Shown: in pieces, positions 28,488 to 37,735 of the stretch
How the letters are laid out: every line of letters starts with the position of its first letter
Position numbering within the stretch: position 1 is the first letter of the stretch
Assembly: GCA_016281315.1 (NCBI GenBank)
Contig: JAEEIJ010000073.1
Span: 8,651 to 72,650, forward strand
From: Bacteroidales bacterium
GTDB lineage: Bacteria > Bacteroidota > Bacteroidia > Bacteroidales > UBA932
Reading direction: 5' to 3'
DNA: 64,000 nt
Notes under the pieces: generated by a model
Seen by the model: only the letters and a program-made list of their open reading frames with translations
The model's database searches: none
Told to the model about the DNA's origin: nothing
Translations under genes and position numbers: made by a program

Positions 28488-29084
28488 ATGAAAATCACCA
28501 GCGCAACTTTTGCCGGCAGTTCCACGCGGGTGGGGCAGAAGCCCCAGCAGCGCCTTCCGGAGTTTGCTTTCATCGGCCGGTCCAACGTAGGAAAGAGTTC
28601 CCTCATCAATATGCTCACGGGCCAGTCCAAACTGGCCAAGACCTCCCAGACCCCCGGCAAAACCCAGCTCGTGAACCACTTTCTCATCAACGGAAAGTGG
28701 TACCTGGTGGACCTTCCGGGCTACGGCTTCGCGAAGCTGCCGGATAAAGACCGCGCCCGCCTCCGCCACATCATCTGGGACTACATCAACAACTCGCAGG
28801 AGATGGTGATGTTAATGGTTCTCATCGACAGCCGGCATCCCCTGCAGGATGTGGACCTCCGCTTCATCCGGGAGCTGGGAGAAAAGGGCATTCCCTTCGG
28901 CCTCGTCTTTACCAAGGCCGACAAAATGGGGAAGGAAGCCCTCGAGCGCCAGCTGCTGGAGAACAAGGGCCGCCTGCTGGAAGAGTGGGAGGAACTGCCG
29001 CCCTGCTTCGTGAGTTCATCGGCCAAGGGAACCGGAAAGGAAGAAATCCTCAACTATATAGACTCCATACTTCAAACGCTATGA
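28488..29084 (+). CDS. engB: Ribosome biogenesis GTPase YihA/YsxC
   Basis: GRSNVGKSS, DLPGYG, TKAD. Confidence 0.95.
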   Translation: MKITSATFAGSSTRVGQKPQQRLPEFAFIGRSNVGKSSLINMLTGQSKLAKTSQTPGKTQLVNHFLINGKWYLVDLPGYGFAKLPDKDRARLRHIIWDYINNSQEMVMLMVLIDSRHPLQDVDLRFIRELGEKGIPFGLVFTKADKMGKEALERQLLENKGRLLEEWEELPPCFVSSSAKGTGKEEILNYIDSILQTL

Positions 29085-30076
29085 TCAATTCTGTCCACGA
29101 GCACCGTCTGGCGCTGTTTACCTGTGACGCTTCCCGCTATTTCGCGGAGAAGGTCGTCGACGCGATGAACCGAATGAAAGAGGCCGATGATCCCGAACTG
29201 ACCCTCGGCCCCCTGGAAGTGGCCCGTTTCAGCGACGGAGAATTCCAGCCCTCCTTCGCGGAGAGCGTCCGCGGAGCCACCTGCTTCATCATTCAGTCCA
29301 CTTTCCCCACCAGTGACAACCTGATGGAACTGCTCCTTTCGATCGACGCCGCCAAGCGGGCATCGGCCGACAAAGTCATCGCCGTCATTCCCTACTACGG
29401 CTGGGCCCGGCAGGACAGGAAGGACAAACCGCGCGTGAGCATCGGCGCCAAACTCGTGGCGAATATGCTCAAGGTGGCCGGCGCGGACGCCGTGATGACC
29501 TGCGACCTTCACGCGGACCAGATCCAGGGTTTCTTCGACTTCCCGGTGAACCACCTGTATGCGAGCTTCGACTTCCTCACCATCCTGAAGAAACTCCAGC
29601 GGGAGTTCAAGGACACCCTCACGCTGGCGGCTCCGGATATGGGCGGCGCCAAGCGCGTACACTCCTACGCCAAGCTTCTGCACACGCCGGTAGTCATCTG
29701 CCACAAGACCCGCGCCCGGGCCAACGTGGTGGAGCGCATCACCCCCATCGGCGAGGTGGAAGGGCGTGACATCGTGATCATCGACGACATCATCGACACC
29801 GCCGGCACCCTCACGGAGGCGGCCAACGAGCTGCTCAAACGCGGGGCCAGGAGCGTGCGTGCCTTTGCTACGCATGCCGTGCTTTCCGGCCCGGCCTACG
29901 AACGCATCGACAAGAGCGCCCTCACGGAAGTCTACGTGACGGACACCATTCCGCTGAATCCGGAAAAGAAGGAACTCTGGGGCAAATTCCGTGTGGTTTC
30001 CCTGGCCGATACTTTCGCCCGGATGATCAAGCGTGTGTATAACTACGAACCCATTTCCTCCGAATTCCCGCTGTAG
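29081..30076 (+). CDS. prs: Ribose-phosphate pyrophosphokinase
   Basis: FSDGE, ARQDRK, DLHADQIQGFF, DDIIDTAGT; start re-called at 29081. Confidence 0.95.
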   Translation: MINSVHEHRLALFTCDASRYFAEKVVDAMNRMKEADDPELTLGPLEVARFSDGEFQPSFAESVRGATCFIIQSTFPTSDNLMELLLSIDAAKRASADKVIAVIPYYGWARQDRKDKPRVSIGAKLVANMLKVAGADAVMTCDLHADQIQGFFDFPVNHLYASFDFLTILKKLQREFKDTLTLAAPDMGGAKRVHSYAKLLHTPVVICHKTRARANVVERITPIGEVEGRDIVIIDDIIDTAGTLTEAANELLKRGARSVRAFATHAVLSGPAYERIDKSALTEVYVTDTIPLNPEKKELWGKFRVVSLADTFARMIKRVYNYEPISSEFPL

Positions 30077-30324
30077 TGAAGACCTTCCTCGCCGCCATCG
30101 TGTTCGTGGGACTCGCCGTGATCCTTCTCGGCGTGAACATCTTCTTTTTCAGGAAGCCTTTCCCGAACGGGGAAATCTCCACGAACCCGGAAATGCGCAA
30201 GCGGGGAATCAAATGCGTCAAACAGGAGGAACTGGAACGGCTGGCCCGTTCCAAGGGAAAGAAACTATGCGGGGGGGACGGCTCCGCCGCCTGCGCGTCC
30301 TGTAAACTGTTTAGCTGCGAATGA
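30076..30324 (+). CDS. Small membrane protein with Cys-rich C-terminus
   Basis: N-terminal TM helix; CGGDGSAACASC; coupled by overlaps on both sides. Confidence 0.65.
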   Translation: MKTFLAAIVFVGLAVILLGVNIFFFRKPFPNGEISTNPEMRKRGIKCVKQEELERLARSKGKKLCGGDGSAACASCKLFSCE

Positions 30325-31496
30325 AGACCGTGCTGAAAGTCCTGGCGGCCCTGGTGCTGCTTTTTGGGATCGCGCTGGCGGTCACGGGCATCGGCCCGGT
30401 GTATCGCTTCCGCGCGCCGCAGCCTTTCAGCGGCCCGGATCTTTTCAATCCCTATGCCTCTCTGGACACCGCCCAGGGCTGGAAACGGGCCGTCTTCCAT
30501 ACCCACACAAAAGTGGAAGGACCCTGGCCCGTGAACGAGTGCCCCTACTGGCCCTCGCACGTGGATTCCGTGTACCGCTCGCTGGGCTATGACATCGTCA
30601 CCTTCTCCAACCACAACGAAATCACGGCCCATCCCACGGATTCCGCGCTGCAGGTAAACGTGTATGAGCACGGCTACAACATCAACAAGTATCATCTGCT
30701 GGTGTTCGGCGCCCCGGAAGTGATTCACTGGGACCCGCTGCTGCTCCTTACCACCTCGCAGAAGCAGTTCTGCCTGGATTACCTGGGGCGGACGGCGGAT
30801 TTCATCCAGATGAACCATCCCTACCGCACGCTGGGGACCAGTAAGTCCGAAATGGAGAAGCTTTCCGGCTACCGCATTATGGAGCTGGACACCCACGTGA
30901 GTACGGAGAACGAATACTGGGACTGGGCCCTCAGCGCCGGGCACTACAGCTTCGGAATGGCTTCGGACGACCTTCACAACCCGGACAACCCGGACCGGAC
31001 GGCCATCCGCTGCGGCTTCGTCCAGACGCCTTCGGGCCGATATGAAGACCTCAAGGCGGCCCTTCTGGGCGGCTGCTATTACGCGATGCGGGTGCCCAAG
31101 GGCGGATCCTGGGCCGAAAAACGGGCCTTAAAGCTGCCTGCGGTGGAGGACATCGGCCTTCGCGGGGACACCGTCTATGTGAGGCTTTCGGAAGAGGCGG
31201 ACAGCATCCGCGTGAACGGACAGGACCACGCCAAGCTGGCGCTGGCTTTCGAATCGGCGGAACTGGCCTACCGGCTCCGTCCGGAGGATACTTTCGCCCG
31301 CGTCACGGCCTTCTTCCCGGACGGGGCGGTCATCTACTGCAATCCCTTCGCGCGGTACGACGCTTCGGCATCGGCCCGGCCCGGGGACGACGGCATCCCT
31401 CCGGTGAACGTCCTCCTCACCATCCTGTATAACCTGCTGCTCCTGGCGCTCGTGGGCGCCCTGATGCGGCTTCTTGTGAAACTTTTCAAACGATAG
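30321..31496 (+). CDS. Membrane-anchored PHP-like metallophosphoesterase
   Basis: HTHT, SNHN, NHP, SDDLH metal-binding motifs; N- and C-terminal TM segments. Confidence 0.65.
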   Translation: MKTVLKVLAALVLLFGIALAVTGIGPVYRFRAPQPFSGPDLFNPYASLDTAQGWKRAVFHTHTKVEGPWPVNECPYWPSHVDSVYRSLGYDIVTFSNHNEITAHPTDSALQVNVYEHGYNINKYHLLVFGAPEVIHWDPLLLLTTSQKQFCLDYLGRTADFIQMNHPYRTLGTSKSEMEKLSGYRIMELDTHVSTENEYWDWALSAGHYSFGMASDDLHNPDNPDRTAIRCGFVQTPSGRYEDLKAALLGGCYYAMRVPKGGSWAEKRALKLPAVEDIGLRGDTVYVRLSEEADSIRVNGQDHAKLALAFESAELAYRLRPEDTFARVTAFFPDGAVIYCNPFARYDASASARPGDDGIPPVNVLLTILYNLLLLALVGALMRLLVKLFKR

Positions 31497-31499
31497 CAT

Positions 31500-32807
31500 A
31501 TGGCATTGGTAGCGATAGTGGGCCGCCCGAACGTGGGCAAATCGACGCTCTTCAACCGGCTGGTGGGGATGCGTCAGGCCATTGTGGACGAGACAGCCGG
31601 CGTCACCCGGGACCGTCATTACGGCAAATGCGAGTGGTGCGGCCGGGAATTCTCGGTGGTGGATACGGGCGGATACACCTCCAACTCGGACGACGTCTTC
31701 GAGGACGCCATCCGCCGGCAGGTGGGCATCGCCATAGAAGAGGCCGATGTAGTCCTCTTTATGGTGGAGGCCGCCACGGGCATCACGGACTACGATGCGG
31801 AGATCGCGGACCTGCTGCGCCGCTCGAAAAAGCCGGTGGTCCTTTGCGTGAACAAGGTGGACAGCGGCGAAAAGATGTACGACGCCTACGCCTTCTACGC
31901 CCTCGGGCTCGGGGAGGTGTGGAGCATATCGGCCGCCAACGGAAGCGGCACCGGGGACCTGCTGGACGAGATTCTGCGGGTGCTGCCGGAGGATTCCGGG
32001 GCCGATGACGACCACGCGGACATCCCCCACATCGCCATCGTGGGGCGCCCGAACGTAGGAAAATCGTCCCTGACGAATGCCCTGCTGGGCGAGGAACGCA
32101 ACATCGTGACGCCGGTGGCCGGCACCACGCGCGACTCCATTTCCACCTACTACAACAAGTTCGGTCACGAGTTTATGATCGTGGACACCGCCGGGATGCG
32201 GCGGCGCGCCAAGGTGACCGAGGACCTGGAATTCTATTCGGTGCTCCGCGCGATGCGCACCATCGAGCACTCGGACGTGTGCATCCTGATGATCGACGCC
32301 ACCCTGGGGATGGAGGCGCAGGATATGAACATCTTCAACGTGATCCAGAAGAACCGGAAAGGCTGCGTGATCGTGGTGAACAAGTGGGACCTCTTTGAGA
32401 AGGGGGTGAACACGATGAAGGAATATACGGAAGCCCTCAAAGCCCGCCTGGCCCCGTTCAACGACATTCCCATCATCTTCACTTCCGTGCTGAACAAGCA
32501 GCGCATCCTGGACGTGCTGGACGCTGCCGCCCGCGTGGCGGAGAATATGGCCCGGAAGATCCCTACATCGGCCCTCAACGACGCGATGCTCCCGGAAATC
32601 GAGAACTATCCGCCGCCGGCCTGGAAGGGGAAGTACATCAAGATCAAGTACGTGACGCAGCTGCCCACCCGTACGCCGCAGTTCGCCTTCTTCTGCAACC
32701 TGCCGCAGTGGGTGAAGGATCCCTACAAGCGTTTCCTGGAGAACAAGCTCCGGGAGCACTTCGACTTCTGCGGCTGCCCGATTCAAGTCTATACAAGAGC
32801 GAAATAA
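31500..32807 (+). CDS. der: Ribosome biogenesis GTPase Der
   Basis: Two GRPNVGKS P-loops, two TRD, NKVD/NKWD. Confidence 0.96.
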   Translation: MALVAIVGRPNVGKSTLFNRLVGMRQAIVDETAGVTRDRHYGKCEWCGREFSVVDTGGYTSNSDDVFEDAIRRQVGIAIEEADVVLFMVEAATGITDYDAEIADLLRRSKKPVVLCVNKVDSGEKMYDAYAFYALGLGEVWSISAANGSGTGDLLDEILRVLPEDSGADDDHADIPHIAIVGRPNVGKSSLTNALLGEERNIVTPVAGTTRDSISTYYNKFGHEFMIVDTAGMRRRAKVTEDLEFYSVLRAMRTIEHSDVCILMIDATLGMEAQDMNIFNVIQKNRKGCVIVVNKWDLFEKGVNTMKEYTEALKARLAPFNDIPIIFTSVLNKQRILDVLDAAARVAENMARKIPTSALNDAMLPEIENYPPPAWKGKYIKIKYVTQLPTRTPQFAFFCNLPQWVKDPYKRFLENKLREHFDFCGCPIQVYTRAK

Positions 32808-32808
32808 T

Positions 32809-33546
32809 ATGTTCGACGCATTGAAAGTGAAGGACGCGTGCGTCCGCTGGATCCGGGACTGGTTCGCCGAAAACGGCCCCGGCTGCAACGCCGTGCTGGG
32901 AATTTCCGGCGGCAAGGACAGCAGCGTCTGCGCCGCGCTGTGCGTGGAGGCCCTGGGCCGGGACCGCGTGATAGGCGTCACGATGCCCAACGGCGTCCAG
33001 CCGGACATCGCGGATTCCATCAAGCTGATCGACCACCTGGGGATCAAGCGCTACGACATCAACATAGGCGCGGCCTATGACGCCCTGATGGGAGAGGTGG
33101 AGCTGAAGCTGGGCCACGAGGCCAGCGCCCAGACGCGCATCAATATGGCGCCGCGCCTCAGGATGACGGCCGTCTACGCCGTTTCCCAGAGCAACAACGG
33201 CCGTGTGGTGAACACCTGCAACCTCTCGGAGGACTGGGTGGGCTACAGCACCCGCTGGGGCGACGCCGCCGGGGACTTTTCGCCCCTGGGCGGCCTCACG
33301 GTGCAGGAAGTGCTGGCCGTGGGGGAGGTCCTGGGCCTGCCGGCGGACCTGGTCCACAAGACGCCCTCCGACGGCCTCTGCGGCAAGACCGACGAAGACA
33401 ACCTGGGCTTCACCTACGCCGTGCTGGACAAGTACATCCGCACGGGCGTCTGCGAGGACCCTGCCACGAAGGCCCTCATTGACCGCAAGCACGCGATGAA
33501 CCTCTTTAAACTGAAACCCATTCCGCATTTCGAACCTGAAATATGA
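32809..33546 (+). CDS. nadE: NH3-dependent NAD+ synthetase
   Basis: GISGGKDSS, RLRM, GYSTRWGD, PSDGL...DE..LG. Confidence 0.92.
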   Translation: MFDALKVKDACVRWIRDWFAENGPGCNAVLGISGGKDSSVCAALCVEALGRDRVIGVTMPNGVQPDIADSIKLIDHLGIKRYDINIGAAYDALMGEVELKLGHEASAQTRINMAPRLRMTAVYAVSQSNNGRVVNTCNLSEDWVGYSTRWGDAAGDFSPLGGLTVQEVLAVGEVLGLPADLVHKTPSDGLCGKTDEDNLGFTYAVLDKYIRTGVCEDPATKALIDRKHAMNLFKLKPIPHFEPEI

Positions 33547-34295
33547 AAAGATTAATCGTTGTTTTGGCAGCCCTTTCGCTGCTGGTCGCCTGTAATGGAA
33601 AAAAGAATGAGCCCGCTCCGCAGGTTTGTCCCGAGGGCGCCGTGGATCTGGGTATCGTAATGACCCGGGCCGACGGAACCACCTATAAGCTGTTCTGGGC
33701 CAAGTACAACCTCTCCGCAAGCGGTCTCTGTTCCAAGCCCGAGGATTACGGCGATTTCTACGCCTGGGGTGAAACGGAGCCGAAGAGCGATTATTCCTGG
33801 GCCGAATACAAATGGTGCCAGGGTACGAATACAACACTCACTAAGTATAACACATCCAGCTCATACGGTCCGGTAGATCCCGTGACCGGCACGACGGATC
33901 AGATGCTGGTCCTCCAGCGCGGGGACGAAAGTGCTTTTGCGACGGTGGACGATGCAGCCCGCGCCAAACTCGGCGGCAAATGGAGAATGCCCACGGATGC
34001 AGAATGGAAGGCCCTGCGCACGCAGTGTGAATGGAGCTGGATCACGGAGAATGGGATTGCCGGCCGCCTGGTTGTCTCCCGTACCAACGGCAACCGCATC
34101 TTCCTGCCCGCCGCCGGCTCCTTGAACCAGGATAACGAACGAATCTGGGGAGGCAGTAAAGGCTTCTACTGGTCTTCGTCCCTCTATGAAGAGAGGCCGG
34201 ACAACGCGCGTTTATTTACCTTCGAAGAGGGCGGCGTAACACAGGTTTACAACACCCGGGAATCCGGTCACTCGATCCGTCCCGTCTCGGAATAG
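33543..34295 (+). CDS. Lipoprotein with AVDLG...WRMPT domain (probable C-type-lectin/DUF1566-like fold)
   Basis: Lipobox LVAC; GDFYAWGE, WRMPT, IFLPAAG, YWSSS, RxxGxSIRPV; paralog of 61774..62706. Confidence 0.75.
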   Translation: MKRLIVVLAALSLLVACNGKKNEPAPQVCPEGAVDLGIVMTRADGTTYKLFWAKYNLSASGLCSKPEDYGDFYAWGETEPKSDYSWAEYKWCQGTNTTLTKYNTSSSYGPVDPVTGTTDQMLVLQRGDESAFATVDDAARAKLGGKWRMPTDAEWKALRTQCEWSWITENGIAGRLVVSRTNGNRIFLPAAGSLNQDNERIWGGSKGFYWSSSLYEERPDNARLFTFEEGGVTQVYNTRESGHSIRPVSE

Positions 34296-34304
34296 CGTTT
34301 CAAA

Positions 34305-35549
34305 ATGGGCGAGCGGGATTATATGGACCTGCTGGAGCTGCAGCAGCTGATCCGGGAAAGCCTGACGGAGTCGTTCCCGGGCAGGTACTGGGTGAAGGCG
34401 GAAATCGCGTCCTGGAGCCCGCGCGCCAACGGTCACTGCTACCTCTCGCTCAGCCAGAGCCGGAGCGGAAAATCCATCGCGGAAGCCCGGGCGATGATCT
34501 GGAACTGGCGCTATCCCCAGCTTGTCCGCTATTTTGAAGACACCACCGGGCAGAAACTCCAGGCCGGCATCACGGTACTGGTGCGCGTGCAGGTGAACTA
34601 CAGCGAAGTGTACGGCCTCACCCTCTACATCGACGAGATCGACGCCGCCTTTACGCTGGGAGAACAGGCCTTGGAGCGCCAGAAAGCCATCGAGAAACTG
34701 GAAAAGGAGGGCCTGATGGACCTGCAGAAGGAGTTGGCCCTGCCGGACATCCCGCGCAAACTGGCCGTTGTCACCTCCAAAACCGCCGCCGGCTATCAGG
34801 ATTTCCGGAACCATCTCCTCAAAAATCCGCAGGGCTATGCCTTCCGTCTGGACCTTTACGAAGCCCTGATGCAGGGCGAGCAGGCGCCCGCCTCCATCAC
34901 GGAAGCGCTGCTTCAGGCATCCGAAAAGGAGTATGACGCCATCCTCATCCTAAGGGGCGGCGGCAGCGAACTGGACTTGCAGTGCTTCGACGACTATGAG
35001 CTCGCCGTCGCCATCGCGAATTGCCCCGTGCCGGTGGTCACCGCCATCGGCCACGACAAAGACGTGCACATTGCCGATATGGTGGCCCACGAGAGCGTGA
35101 AAACCCCCACGGCCCTGGCGGACCTTTTCCTGGAGGCCTTCGAAGCCCAGGATGCCGTCCTCGACGCCCTGCAGGACCGCATCGCGGCCGCCATCCAGCA
35201 CCGGGTGAGCGCGTTGGAACTGCTCCTGCAGCGCAGCGTAGGCCGCATCTCGAAGGGGCTCCTGCAGAAGTATGCCGACGTAGCCCGCCTCAAGGACGCC
35301 GCCCTGCACCGGCTCCGCTTCGCCGCGCAGGCCCGCCTGGGCGCCGCGGAACAGGCCCTCGCTCTGAGGGAAGCCCGCATCTCGGCCACCGACCCCCGCA
35401 ACATCCTTTCCCTGGGCTATGTCCTCGTGACGGGGAAGGACCATCAGGTCCTGAAAACCGTGAAGAAGGTGGCCGTGGGAGACCGGATCGGCGTGCGGTT
35501 CCAGGACGGCGCCGTTACAGCAACTGTTGAAGAAAAATACACCGAATAA
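34305..35549 (+). CDS. xseA: Exodeoxyribonuclease VII large subunit
   Basis: GHCY, RGGGS, TAIGHDKD, TPTA. Confidence 0.93.
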   Translation: MGERDYMDLLELQQLIRESLTESFPGRYWVKAEIASWSPRANGHCYLSLSQSRSGKSIAEARAMIWNWRYPQLVRYFEDTTGQKLQAGITVLVRVQVNYSEVYGLTLYIDEIDAAFTLGEQALERQKAIEKLEKEGLMDLQKELALPDIPRKLAVVTSKTAAGYQDFRNHLLKNPQGYAFRLDLYEALMQGEQAPASITEALLQASEKEYDAILILRGGGSELDLQCFDDYELAVAIANCPVPVVTAIGHDKDVHIADMVAHESVKTPTALADLFLEAFEAQDAVLDALQDRIAAAIQHRVSALELLLQRSVGRISKGLLQKYADVARLKDAALHRLRFAAQARLGAAEQALALREARISATDPRNILSLGYVLVTGKDHQVLKTVKKVAVGDRIGVRFQDGAVTATVEEKYTE

Positions 35550-35731
35550 TGGAAAAATTCGATTACGCAAAGGCCATTGCCGAACTGGAAGAGATCGCCG
35601 CAAAGGTGGAAAAGCCGGAAACGAAGCTGGAGGACATCGACGCGCTCGTCGAACGCAGCAAAGTGCTCCTGAAGCAGTGCCGCGAGTACCTCCGCAAGGT
35701 GAAAGAAAAGATAGACAGCATAGAAGAATGA
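35549..35731 (+). CDS. xseB: Exodeoxyribonuclease VII small subunit
   Basis: 60-aa helical protein directly after xseA; AIAELEEI...C...L. Confidence 0.88.
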   Translation: MEKFDYAKAIAELEEIAAKVEKPETKLEDIDALVERSKVLLKQCREYLRKVKEKIDSIEE

Positions 35732-37725
35732 AGAAGATCTATCAGACCGATCCCTGGCTCCTGCCGTACAAGGATGCCATCGAAACGCGCCACAGGCGCA
35801 TCCTGGAAACCCGGAAGCACATTGCGGGCGACGGCCTCCTGAAGGACGCCGTGAACAACCATATGTACTACGGCCTGCACCGCTGCGCGGACGGCAGCTG
35901 GGTCTTCCGCGAGTTCGCGCCCAACGCCAACAAGATCTACCTCATCGGCGAAGGCAACAACTGGAAACGCACGGACGCCTATGCCCTCAAACCCCTGGGC
36001 AAGGGCGACTGGGAGCTCAAACTCCCGGAGATGTTCCTCAGCCACGGCCAGCTGTACAAACTCTACATCGAATGGCCCGGCGGAGGCGGCGAACGCCTGC
36101 CCTCCTATGCCACCCGCGTGGTGCAGGATCCCGTGACGAAGGTCTTCTGTGCCCAGGTATGGGACCCGGCCGAAAAATACGTCTGGAAGCACGCTCACGC
36201 CGGAAAGCGGCCCCATCCGATGATTTATGAATGCCACATCGGGATGGCCACCGAGAAGGAGAAAGTGGGCTCCTTTGAGGAATTCCGGAAAGACGTTCTG
36301 CCGCGCATCAAGAAGCTGGGCTACGACACCATCCAGATCATGGCCCTGCAGGAGCACCCCTACTACGGCTCCTTCGGCTATCAGGTGAGCAATTTCTTTG
36401 CGCTCAGCTCCCGTTTCGGTACCCCCGAGGAGTTCAAGGCCCTGGTGGACGACGCCCACGGGAAAGGCATTGCGGTGGTGATGGACATCGTCCACAGCCA
36501 CAGCGTGGATAACGTGGCCGAAGGCCTCAGCGAGTTCGACGGAAGGGACAATCTCTACTTCTACAGCGGTCCCCAGGGCCGCCATCCCGCCTGGGGCTCG
36601 CGCTGCTTCGACTACGGCAAGGACGAAACCCGCTATTACCTCCTGTCCAACGTGAAATACTGGATGGAGGAATACCGCATCGACGGCTTCCGCTTCGACG
36701 GCGTCACCTCCATGCTCTATTGGGACCACGGTCTGGGCAAGGACTTCGGCAATTATGCCCTCTACTTCGACCAGGGCGTGGACGAAGACGCCGTCATCTA
36801 CCTGTCCCTCGCCACCCAGCTGGTGCGGGAAATCAGCCCCGCCGGCTTCACCATCGCCGAGGACGTCTCCGGGATGGCGGGTCTGGCGGCGCCTTTCGCG
36901 GCCGGCGGCGTGGGATTCGATTTCCGGATGTCGATGGGTGTCGCGGACCACTGGATCAAATGGATCAAGGAAAAGAGCGACGACCAGTGGTCCATGGGCG
37001 AGGTCTGGTGGGAGCTCACCAACAAGCGGGCCGATGAAAAGACCATCTCCTACGCCGAATGCCACGACCAGGCGCTGGTGGGGGACAAGACCATCATCTT
37101 CCGCCTGATGGACAAGGAGATGTATTTCGCGATGAACAAAGCCTCGCAGAATGACGTCGTGGACCGCGGCATCGCCCTGCATAAAATGATCCGCCTGGTC
37201 ACCGCCGGCACCGCCGGCGACGGCTACCTGAACTTCATGGGCAACGAGTTCGGCCATCCCGAATGGATCGACTTCCCCCGGGAGGGGAACGGCTGGTCGT
37301 TCAAGTATGCCCGGCGGCAGTGGTCCCTGGAGGACAACGGCCTCCTGCGCTACGGAGACCTCCGCAATTTCGACGAGGCAATGGTACACCTCGTCCGGGA
37401 AGAGAACCTCCTGGCGGCGCGTCCGGTGCTGCTGGTGGCCGACGAACAGAAGAAAATCTTGGTTTTCCTACGGAAAAACTGTATCTTTGCACTGAATTTC
37501 TCACCCACCGGTTCCTTTGCGGATTACGGCTTCGCGGCCCCGGCGGGGGACTATGTGAACATCCTGGACAGCGACGAAGCCCGTTTCAACGGCTTCGGGC
37601 GCCTTTCCAAGGGTGAGCGTCACATAGCCCTTAATGAGAAATGTCCCAACGGCAACCAGGCCTACGACCACACGCTCAAGCTGTATCTCCCGGCCCGCAC
37701 CGCCATTGTTTTGAAGCAAGTATAA
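35728..37725 (+). CDS. glgB: 1,4-alpha-glucan branching enzyme (GH13)
   Basis: Start re-called at MKKIYQTD; GFRFDGVTSM, AEDVSG, YAECHDQ, FMGNEFGHPEW. Confidence 0.93.
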   Translation: MKKIYQTDPWLLPYKDAIETRHRRILETRKHIAGDGLLKDAVNNHMYYGLHRCADGSWVFREFAPNANKIYLIGEGNNWKRTDAYALKPLGKGDWELKLPEMFLSHGQLYKLYIEWPGGGGERLPSYATRVVQDPVTKVFCAQVWDPAEKYVWKHAHAGKRPHPMIYECHIGMATEKEKVGSFEEFRKDVLPRIKKLGYDTIQIMALQEHPYYGSFGYQVSNFFALSSRFGTPEEFKALVDDAHGKGIAVVMDIVHSHSVDNVAEGLSEFDGRDNLYFYSGPQGRHPAWGSRCFDYGKDETRYYLLSNVKYWMEEYRIDGFRFDGVTSMLYWDHGLGKDFGNYALYFDQGVDEDAVIYLSLATQLVREISPAGFTIAEDVSGMAGLAAPFAAGGVGFDFRMSMGVADHWIKWIKEKSDDQWSMGEVWWELTNKRADEKTISYAECHDQALVGDKTIIFRLMDKEMYFAMNKASQNDVVDRGIALHKMIRLVTAGTAGDGYLNFMGNEFGHPEWIDFPREGNGWSFKYARRQWSLEDNGLLRYGDLRNFDEAMVHLVREENLLAARPVLLVADEQKKILVFLRKNCIFALNFSPTGSFADYGFAAPAGDYVNILDSDEARFNGFGRLSKGERHIALNEKCPNGNQAYDHTLKLYLPARTAIVLKQV

Positions 37726-37735
37726 CAACAACCAT

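Noticed and set aside
27358-28769. Extended 346-aa and 271-aa ORFs suggesting fusions
   Set aside because: Real starts are 27957 (DJ-1) and 28388 (tadA); the extensions overlap other genes and promoters.
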